DNA of 64,000 nucleotides from an uncultured Gammaproteobacteria bacterium (GTDB lineage Bacteria > Patescibacteriota > Microgenomatia > PFEM01 > JAPLYW01): assembly GCA_965230945.1 (NCBI GenBank), contig OZ246397.1:175701-239700 (forward strand), read 5' to 3'. The position numbers and the translations under genes are program-made. Positions 57,280 to 64,000 of this stretch are shown in pieces. The notes below the pieces were generated by a model that did no database searches, was not told where the DNA came from, and was given only the letters and a program-made list of their open reading frames with translations. The first letter of the stretch is position 1. Each line of letters begins with the position of its first letter.

Positions 57280-57744
57280 ATGATAAAAATAGTATTTGGG
57301 TCTTTAGTAGGAATTTTTCTTTTGATCTTGAGTCAATTTTTCATTCCTGTTGTCAGGAATTTATTCAAGGGCTCATTTCTTTTTTTGCTCCCCCTTGCCA
57401 TCTTCTTTTCATTGGGAGGAATCTTGATATTTTTAACGGCCAAGAAAAAAATAGAAAGCAGGCTGAAAAAGTTTTTGATGTTAACAGGAACTTCTGCAGT
57501 GGGTTTTTTTGTCAGTATTTTATTACACAATTTCCTTTATGGTTTAGCTGAAATAACCAAGTATAGCTTTAGATTACATAGTTTAATGGAAACACTTCAT
57601 GTGACATTTTTTCTTATTGCAATCTTTATTTGTCCAATAGGATTTTTAGTAGGAATATTAGGAAGTGTAGTATTTTTTTGTAAAAAAATTTCCACTGAAA
57701 ATATAAAAACCGACCGCGAAAAAAATAAGCGGGGAAAAATCTAA
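57280..57744 (+). CDS. hypothetical membrane protein (4 TM)
   Basis: 154-aa hydrophobic ORF, last gene before housekeeping genes resume. Confidence 0.4.
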   Translation: MIKIVFGSLVGIFLLILSQFFIPVVRNLFKGSFLFLLPLAIFFSLGGILIFLTAKKKIESRLKKFLMLTGTSAVGFFVSILLHNFLYGLAEITKYSFRLHSLMETLHVTFFLIAIFICPIGFLVGILGSVVFFCKKISTENIKTDREKNKRGKI

Positions 57745-57752
57745 GGCTAGAA

Positions 57753-58148
57753 TTAAAATCTTCTTTTCATTGGAGGACGGCAATACCGGTCGCGTACTTT
57801 TACCAAAATACTGGAACCATTTTCATCCGGTTTTGTCAACCATTCATAAACCTCAGGAGTTTCTTTTTTTAATTTATTTAACTTTCGAACAATAGCAGAC
57901 ATACGTTTTCCCCCCTTAGTATGCCCGGCTAGGAATTGAGCCCATTCTTTTTCAATAGAAAATAAAGCCCTTCTATTTGGATCTAGATTATTGTTTTGAA
58001 GCAGATCTTTAAGTTCCTTAACTCTTTCTTCCGCATCTTCTTTTTCGATAATATACTGATTAAGATACTCAACACTTGCGCGTTCTTTAGCTTTCTCGCG
58101 ACGACGATGGATTCTCTCACCATGACTTAATCTCTCTTTACTAACCAT
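57753..58148 (-). CDS. basic hypothetical protein
   Basis: 131-aa Lys/Arg/Glu-rich ORF. No family recognised. Confidence 0.35.
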   Translation of the reverse strand: MVSKERLSHGERIHRRREKAKERASVEYLNQYIIEKEDAEERVKELKDLLQNNNLDPNRRALFSIEKEWAQFLAGHTKGGKRMSAIVRKLNKLKKETPEVYEWLTKPDENGSSILVKVRDRYCRPPMKRRF

Positions 58149-58216
58149 AAAGCAAACCTTATTATAACACTTTGATCAACTATTAAGGCGAGGGCAGTCT
58201 CGTAAAGAATTTAAAA

Positions 58217-59518
58217 TTATTTTTGAAGAGTCTTTTTTAACCTTTTGATAACTTTTTCTTTCCCTAAAACCTCCATTGTTTCAAAAAGAGGCGGGGTAGC
58301 AAACTTCCCGGTAATGGCAATTCTTGTGGCCATAAAGAACTTTCCTAAATGATATTTCTTATCTTCAACTATTTTTCTAAACAAATCTTCTAAAATCTTT
58401 GCCTTCCAGCTTTTAACTTTTTCTAATTCTTTTAAAACAATGCTAAATTGTTCTTTTATTAATTTAATATCCCTACCACCTTTTTTAAGTAAAAGCTTTT
58501 TATCCACTTCTGGCTCTTTGATGAAGAAATCAACTAACTGAGAATAATCTGAGAATTTTACTAATCTTTCTTTAACTAAAGGGACAGTTTGTTTAATTAA
58601 ACTGTCTTTCATCCCCTTGGGAACAAAAGACTTTAATAATTTAAACAGCTCTTTGTTTGTTTTTCCCCTGATATAAAAACCGTTTAGCCAGTCTAATTTT
58701 TTAAAGTCAAAAATAGGTGCCGAAGTGGAAACTCTTTTAAAAGAAAAGTTTTTGATAAACTCATCTAAAGAAAAAACTTCCTTTCCTTTAGGATGTGACC
58801 AACCTAATAAACATAGAAAATTAATTAAAGCCTCTGATAAGTAACCCTGTTCCTTATACCAAGAAACAGCCACCGGGTTTCTTCTCTTAGAAATTTTTGA
58901 ATGATCTGGATTTCTTAATAAAGGTAAATGGGCAAAGTCAGGAACATCTGCCTTTAAGGCTTTGTAAAGCATTATTTGTCTGGGAGTATTGGAAATATGT
59001 TCTTCGGCCCTAATAACCGGATCAATCTTCATCAAATAATCATCAACAACCACGGCAAAATTATAAGAAGGAAAACCATTCGATCTTAAAATAACAAAAT
59101 CTTTAATCTCAGTATTGTCAAACTCTATCTTTCCTCTTACCAAATCATTCCAGCCAGTCTTATTTTTTTTAGGAACCCTAAACCACAAAGCTCCTTCACT
59201 CCCATAGGCTAAATTTTCATCAACCAATTTTTTAGCATACTTTTTATAAAGATCAGTTCTTTCTGACTGATGGTAGGGTCCATAATTACCACCGATATCT
59301 GGACCTTCATCATACTTTAAGCCTAACCAATTTAAAGCATTGGTAATTATTTCTTCTGCTCCTCTTACAAAACGTTTAATATCGGTGTTTTCAATTCTTA
59401 GAACAAACTTTCCTTTGTTTTTCCTAGCGTAGGCAAAATTAAATAAAGCTGTATAAGCAGTACCAATATGAGCTAAACCTGTAGGAGATGGAGCGATGCG
59501 CACACGAACTTGCTTCAT
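58217..59518 (-). CDS. gltX: glutamyl-tRNA synthetase
   Basis: RIAPSPTGLAHIGTAYTALFN (HIGH region) and KISKR (KMSKS), catalytic domain similarity. Confidence 0.9.
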   Translation of the reverse strand: MKQVRVRIAPSPTGLAHIGTAYTALFNFAYARKNKGKFVLRIENTDIKRFVRGAEEIITNALNWLGLKYDEGPDIGGNYGPYHQSERTDLYKKYAKKLVDENLAYGSEGALWFRVPKKNKTGWNDLVRGKIEFDNTEIKDFVILRSNGFPSYNFAVVVDDYLMKIDPVIRAEEHISNTPRQIMLYKALKADVPDFAHLPLLRNPDHSKISKRRNPVAVSWYKEQGYLSEALINFLCLLGWSHPKGKEVFSLDEFIKNFSFKRVSTSAPIFDFKKLDWLNGFYIRGKTNKELFKLLKSFVPKGMKDSLIKQTVPLVKERLVKFSDYSQLVDFFIKEPEVDKKLLLKKGGRDIKLIKEQFSIVLKELEKVKSWKAKILEDLFRKIVEDKKYHLGKFFMATRIAITGKFATPPLFETMEVLGKEKVIKRLKKTLQK

Positions 59519-59564
59519 ACCTTGATTTTAACATACCTAACTTTTATACTCAAAGTAGCTGCCC

Positions 59565-60617
59565 ATGACAAATTTAACACAAACAACCTACTGGACAAGG
59601 CGTCTTTTAAAGATCGGCGGTATTCTCTTAGTTGCTATTATTGTTTTAAAAATCGCCTTTAATATCTTTTCTACTGTTTGGCGAAAAATCAATCCGCCAC
59701 CGCCACCACCACCCACAGTTGCTTTTGGTAAATTGCCGAAACTAGAATTTCCCGAGCAAAAAAATCTACCCAAACTTACCTTCAGACTGGAAACTATCCA
59801 AGGCGGCTTGCCTAAATTTCCTCCCGCCGCTAAAGTCTATTTTACTCCCAAATCAGGACCTAATCTTTTGGCTTTAGATCGAGCCACACAAAAAGCTCAA
59901 CAGCTTGGCTTTAAAGGCCAGCCACAACAGATAAGCGAAAAAGTTTATCGTTGGCAAACCGAAACTCACCCTTCAACCAGCTTAGAGATTGATACTAATA
60001 CCGGAAACTTCCATCTTTATTATGATTATCTAAGTGACCAAGAACTAATAAATAGTAAAAACTTGCCTACTAATCAACAAGCCGCTCAAGAAGCCAAAAA
60101 CTTCTTAGCTAATAATGGTCTTTTAGCTGATGAACTAGCCACAGGTAGTGCTGAGTTTCAGTATCTTAAATTCACTCCGCCTGGCCTTATCAGCGCTATT
60201 TCTTTATCAGAAGCTGACTTTGTAAGAGTTAATCTCTTTAAAGCTGATCTGGATGGCTTAAAAATTCTCCCACCTAATCCCAAAGATTCTTTAATCTCTT
60301 TTCTATTCTCAGGCAGTAAAAGTTTAGGCAAAAGAATTATAGAAATTAAGTACACTTACTATCAAATTAGGGCTGATAATTCTGCCACTTATCCTCTAAA
60401 ATTAGCTCAAAAAGCTTGGCAGGAAATGCAGGGAGAAAACGGTCATGTTGCCAACTTGGGAGAAAACCAAAGTGGCAATATTATTATCCGGCAGGTTTAT
60501 TTAACCTATTACGAATCAGGCCAGCCACAGCATTATCTCCAGCCTATCTATGTTTTTGAAGGTGATAACAACTTCATTGGCTATGTACCGGCAGTTGCCT
60601 CTGAGTGGATGGAATGA
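59565..60617 (+). CDS. membrane-anchored hypothetical protein with poly-Pro hinge
   Basis: N-terminal TM followed by PPPPPPP and a 300-aa extracytoplasmic domain. No motif. Confidence 0.4.
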   Translation: MTNLTQTTYWTRRLLKIGGILLVAIIVLKIAFNIFSTVWRKINPPPPPPPTVAFGKLPKLEFPEQKNLPKLTFRLETIQGGLPKFPPAAKVYFTPKSGPNLLALDRATQKAQQLGFKGQPQQISEKVYRWQTETHPSTSLEIDTNTGNFHLYYDYLSDQELINSKNLPTNQQAAQEAKNFLANNGLLADELATGSAEFQYLKFTPPGLISAISLSEADFVRVNLFKADLDGLKILPPNPKDSLISFLFSGSKSLGKRIIEIKYTYYQIRADNSATYPLKLAQKAWQEMQGENGHVANLGENQSGNIIIRQVYLTYYESGQPQHYLQPIYVFEGDNNFIGYVPAVASEWME

Positions 60618-61572
60618 AATTCTCCCATCGATGATTTGAAAAAGCCCAGTCAACCAATTTTTTAGTCTCACCAAAACGATCTTCACTCTTTAAAACCACG
60701 GTGATAACCCCCCGATTATCTCTCTGTGTATAGCCTACCAAACACTCACCGGCTTCTTCTGTCCAACCAGTCTTTAACCCTTTCATTCCCGGAATCTTCC
60801 CTAAAAGCTCATTAAGATTATAAAGATGATGAGTAATCTCTCCACTAACATCAGTAACTTTAATATAGGAAAGAGAAACCATTTCAAGAATCTTTTCATT
60901 TCTTAAAGCTACCGCCGCCAGTCTAGCCAAATCTAGAGCGGTCGTGTAAGAATAAACAGGCAACAAATCCCCCTCCTCATTACTATCCAAACCAGTTGGG
61001 TTGGCAAAAAAAGTGTCCTTCAAATGAAGCTCTTGAGCTTTTTGGTTCATTCTTTTGACAAAAGCTCCTTCTCCTCCAGGATAATTCTGGGCCAAGACTA
61101 AAGCCGCATCATTGGCCGAAGAAACCAAAACCCCCCAAAGTAAATTTTCAACGGTTATCCTTTCATCTTCCAAAAGCTCCATATCCTGCCCCTCATCATC
61201 AGGATTCTTAACCTCCAAAACATCATCAAAACTATAATGTTCTAAAGCTACCATGGCCGTTATAATTTTCACCGTTGAAGCCGGAAGAAGTTCTTCTTTC
61301 TCATTCTTGCCAAAAAGTGAAACAGCCGAATCTCTATCGACAACGACCGCTGATTCGGCCGTCAGAAAAGGGGCAGGAACATTATTAATATTTAAAGGAT
61401 AAAAAGAAGCTAAAGGAATGGGGAAATCAATTTCTTCCACCAAAGAAGAAACAGAAAAAGCCTGGATGGTGGCATACATGTTTTGACTGGGGATAAAGAA
61501 GAAACTCAAACAAAGACAGAATAAAAGAGCTCTTCTAACCTTCAGAGGCGTTATCTTGCTCTTCCTCATCAT
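60574..61572 (-). CDS. D-alanyl-D-alanine carboxypeptidase (S11 family, low-MW PBP)
   Basis: SxxK (ASTVKI), SxN (SSAND) and KTG (KTGWT) motifs in the correct order. Start placed at an internal Met to avoid overlap with aspS. Confidence 0.75.
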   Translation of the reverse strand: MMRKSKITPLKVRRALLFCLCLSFFFIPSQNMYATIQAFSVSSLVEEIDFPIPLASFYPLNINNVPAPFLTAESAVVVDRDSAVSLFGKNEKEELLPASTVKIITAMVALEHYSFDDVLEVKNPDDEGQDMELLEDERITVENLLWGVLVSSANDAALVLAQNYPGGEGAFVKRMNQKAQELHLKDTFFANPTGLDSNEEGDLLPVYSYTTALDLARLAAVALRNEKILEMVSLSYIKVTDVSGEITHHLYNLNELLGKIPGMKGLKTGWTEEAGECLVGYTQRDNRGVITVVLKSEDRFGETKKLVDWAFSNHRWENFIPSTQRQLPVHSQ

Positions 61573-62989
61573 CAACAATTTTGACAATTTTTTCAAATAA
61601 GCTATCATCTTTTTTACCTCTCCCTTTTTTAACTTTAGATAAAGAGACATCCACCCTTTCTAAGTCCCGCGGGAATAACGAAGCCTCCCGAACATTACTA
61701 AGCCCCAAAATATTTTGCGTAATTCTTTCTAAGCCCATACAAAACCCTCCTTCAGGCGGCATGCCATATTTAAAGGCCTGAAGATAGAAAGAAAATTTTT
61801 CTGGATTATAACCGCGGTCTTTAATACTCTTTAGAAGCTGTTGATAATCATTGATTCTCTGCCCGCCAGTAACCCATTCAACTCCTTTTCCTAAAATATC
61901 AAAGCTTAAGGTATGCTTTGGATCCTTGGGGTCAGGATAGGTATACATCGGTCTTTTGTCAGTCGGGTAATGAGTAATGATGATTAAATCAGAACCTTTT
62001 TCCTCTTTAGCCCAAAGACAAATTTCTCTTTCATCTTCCGGACTCAGATCCGGCTCCTGGCGATCATCTCTCTTGGTCCTTTTGTAAATAATTTCCTGGG
62101 CTTCTTTTAACTTTAAGATTGGTGTTTCTTTAACTGTTTTAGGAACTTCAAATTTCTTCCCTCTTAATTTTTCTATCTCTGGTTTTATCTTTTCTACTTC
62201 CTTAAAAATAAACTTTAAAAGCTCATCAACCAATTGATAAATGTCCTGCCAGCTTTCAATAAAACCCATTTCTGCATCTAAACCAATGTATTCTGTCAGA
62301 TGTCTGGTGGTAATACTTGGTTCGGCCCGATAAGCGTGAGCGATAGTAAAAACCCTTTCAAAAGCACCAATACCAATTTGTTTGTAAAATTGAGGGCTCT
62401 GGGCTAAATAAGCATCATAATCAAAATATTTAACCTTAAAAAGCTCTGCTCCACCTTCAGTAGCCGTGACGGTAATCGTCGGGCAAAAGATCTCGGTAAA
62501 ATCCTTCTCTTTTAAAAAGTTTCTAAAGGATTGAATAATCTTTTCTTGTACTTTAAAGATGGCTTTTTGAGAAGAATGACGTAAGGTCAAAGGGCGATAA
62601 TCAAGTAAGGTCGGCAATTGGACACTTAGCTCCTCACTACCAATATCAAAGGGTAATTCAGCGGCTTTAGAAAGAACAGTCAATTTTTCTATTTGAAGCT
62701 CAATCTTCCCCGTTGGCAAATCTCTATTAACCATTGAAGGGGGTCTTTTCCTAATCTTCCCCACCACCGAAATAACATCCTCATTCCTCAACTCACCTAA
62801 TTTCTTATCACCGACAACCTGAATTATTCCCGAACGATCACGTAGATCAATGAAAACCAGTTTGCCGTGATCACGATAAGCATCAACCCAACCTGAAAGA
62901 CAAACCTCTTTGCCTATTTTTTTAATTGCTTCTTTTATTAAAATTCTCTCCATCTTTTTAATTCTAGCTTTTATACCTATTTTTTGCAA
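61535..62989 (-). CDS. aspS: aspartyl-tRNA synthetase, archaeal/non-discriminating type (class IIb); Asn-tRNA synthetase not fully excluded
   Basis: OB-fold N-domain, class II motifs (FRAE-like AYRAEPSITTRHLTEY, GGFCMGLERI) and an acidic C-terminal tail. Confidence 0.7.
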   Translation of the reverse strand: MQKIGIKARIKKMERILIKEAIKKIGKEVCLSGWVDAYRDHGKLVFIDLRDRSGIIQVVGDKKLGELRNEDVISVVGKIRKRPPSMVNRDLPTGKIELQIEKLTVLSKAAELPFDIGSEELSVQLPTLLDYRPLTLRHSSQKAIFKVQEKIIQSFRNFLKEKDFTEIFCPTITVTATEGGAELFKVKYFDYDAYLAQSPQFYKQIGIGAFERVFTIAHAYRAEPSITTRHLTEYIGLDAEMGFIESWQDIYQLVDELLKFIFKEVEKIKPEIEKLRGKKFEVPKTVKETPILKLKEAQEIIYKRTKRDDRQEPDLSPEDEREICLWAKEEKGSDLIIITHYPTDKRPMYTYPDPKDPKHTLSFDILGKGVEWVTGGQRINDYQQLLKSIKDRGYNPEKFSFYLQAFKYGMPPEGGFCMGLERITQNILGLSNVREASLFPRDLERVDVSLSKVKKGRGKKDDSLFEKIVKIVDDEEEQDNASEG

Positions 62990-64000
62990 TCAATCCAACT
63001 TAATATCTTTTAGCCTGAGTTGTAATTTTCTCTGTCCATTCCATTCATTGACAAAAAGATTATAGGCAAGGTCAACGGGTTTATCTGGGCTAAGTTTTGA
63101 ATAGAATTCTCCCATATTAAAACCAACCGCCTCCAAGAGTAAATCGCTTCCATCGGTAACTTTTAATTTAAGATGCTGATTTTCACTACCCATCAATTGA
63201 GCATCAATGACTTTAACTTTAGAACTCGTAAAAACAGGCTCTGGGTTGTTTCTACCAAAAGGATATAATTTTTCTAACATTCTAAAAAGATCAAAATTTA
63301 AGATATCCAAATCCAGTTGAGCATCAATCTTTACTGTTGGCGAGAGATCAGTCTTGGCTAAAGATTCCTCGGCGATTTTTGAAAGTTTGTTCTTCAAAGT
63401 TTCTATTTTCTCTGTTCTAAAGGTAAAGCCAGCCGCTTTAGGATGCCCCCCTGAAGAAGTCAAAAGATAGGCACAAGTTTGAATTGCCTGAATAATATCA
63501 AATTCATCAACTGATCGTGCTGAAGCCCGCGAAAACCTTTCTCCTTTAGAAACAACAATGGCTGGTCTGTAAAATTCTTCCATTAATTTCCCAGCCACCA
63601 AACCAATAATTCCTTGCTGATAGCTTTCATGAGCGATAAAGATCAAATTACCCTTCTTCTCTTCCGCTAGATAAAGCTCCCTGGCGTGTAAGACAGTCTT
63701 TTTTGTTAAAGTCTGTCTTTCTTTATTTCTCTGATCAATTCTTTGAGCCAAACTGATGGCTCTATTCTCACTTAAAGTGCAAAGCAGCCTTAGTGATCCC
63801 ATTGGGTCTTCTACTCTTCCTGAAGCATTAAGTCGAGGACCAATGATAAAACCAATTTCATAAACGCCAATTGTTTTTCTATTTAAATTGGCAAACTCAA
63901 ACAATGATAAAAGACCTAATCTTTTCGTTTCTCTTAAGGCTTCAATTCCATACTTAACCAAGGAACGATTAACTTTTAGTAAAGGAACCATATCTGTAAC
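62990..64000 (-). CDS. recJ: single-stranded-DNA exonuclease RecJ, C-terminal part (gene continues beyond window end)
   Basis: DHHA1 motif GGHPKAAG and RecJ OB/C-terminal region. The reading frame stays open through position 64000. Confidence 0.7.
   Translation of the reverse strand, partial: VTDMVPLLKVNRSLVKYGIEALRETKRLGLLSLFEFANLNRKTIGVYEIGFIIGPRLNASGRVEDPMGSLRLLCTLSENRAISLAQRIDQRNKERQTLTKKTVLHARELYLAEEKKGNLIFIAHESYQQGIIGLVAGKLMEEFYRPAIVVSKGERFSRASARSVDEFDIIQAIQTCAYLLTSSGGHPKAAGFTFRTEKIETLKNKLSKIAEESLAKTDLSPTVKIDAQLDLDILNFDLFRMLEKLYPFGRNNPEPVFTSSKVKVIDAQLMGSENQHLKLKVTDGSDLLLEAVGFNMGEFYSKLSPDKPVDLAYNLFVNEWNGQRKLQLRLKDIKLD

Noticed and set aside
42234-57750. Canonical integron (intI plus attI plus attC array)
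   Set aside because: No tyrosine-recombinase ORF in the window. Repeats lack the R''/R' RYYYAAC...GTTRRRY cores. The tasA module has its own strong promoters. Only the array-like polarity is retained as a finding.
57753-58216. Direct repeat of the tRNA-Gln 3' end marking the distal island border (attR)
   Set aside because: Looked for TCGAATCCCAGTCCCGCAG-like sequence near 57.7-58.2 kb and found none. The island boundary is therefore defined only by gene content.
1-64000. Alternative genetic code (UGA or UAG reassignment)
   Set aside because: Long ORFs are intact under the standard code. RF2 is present. TAG and TGA both terminate well-supported genes. The single in-frame TAG in the ykgJ-like gene is better explained as a nonsense mutation.

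Overview
A 64-kb, low-GC (roughly one third G+C by eye), gene-dense bacterial fragment. Coding is mostly on the minus strand with many 4-nt start/stop overlaps. The gene content is consistent with an uncultivated small-genome bacterium of Patescibacteria/CPR type: a class I LysRS, lamin-tail-domain and PT-rich surface proteins, and very many GT2/GT-C glycosyltransferases. That assignment is inference only.

Four zones are visible.

(1) 1-19.9 kb: one long co-directional minus-strand array of about 17 cell-envelope glycosylation genes. It holds a GT4-like fragment, a SAM methyltransferase, six GT2 polyprenyl-phosphate glycosyltransferases, a PAP2 phosphatase, a DgkA-type kinase, a Wzx-like flippase and at least four ArnT/PMT-like GT-C paralogues. 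A divergent membrane protein gene and a GT2-GtrA fusion follow.

(2) 20-42.2 kb: housekeeping. Genes are trmD, a CAP-domain protein, galE, tsaB-like, tsaE, VanZ-like, a lamin-tail-domain surface protein, an ftsE-ftsX-M23 peptidase operon, prfB, secA, serS, an HD hydrolase, class I lysyl-tRNA synthetase, greA, tRNA-Glu(CUC), NUDIX, lon, an L,D-transpeptidase and tRNA-Gln(CUG).

(3) 42.2-57.75 kb: an accessory island directly downstream of tRNA-Gln. It contains a tasA-like / sipW-like / tasA-like module driven by two near-identical consensus promoter-leader units. After it comes a run of functionally unrelated single-gene units: B12-radical SAM, membrane proteins, a beta-propeller-like protein, an alpha/beta hydrolase, a SET-domain protein, MltG, a TAG-interrupted YkgJ-like gene, an ATP-grasp enzyme, an RRM protein and a Cys-rich secreted protein. 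Almost every unit is followed by a copy of a mosaic repeat family, core YCTAGACC-RRCC-TGCTCAGC, sometimes with a TTGATA-N18-TATAAT module. All 12 copies lie on the same strand. This cassette-array-like organisation is the most novel feature of the window.

(4) 58-64 kb: housekeeping. Genes are gltX, a membrane-anchored Pro-rich protein, a D-Ala-D-Ala carboxypeptidase, an archaeal-type AspRS and a recJ fragment.

No CRISPR array, rRNA, transposase or integrase was recognised.
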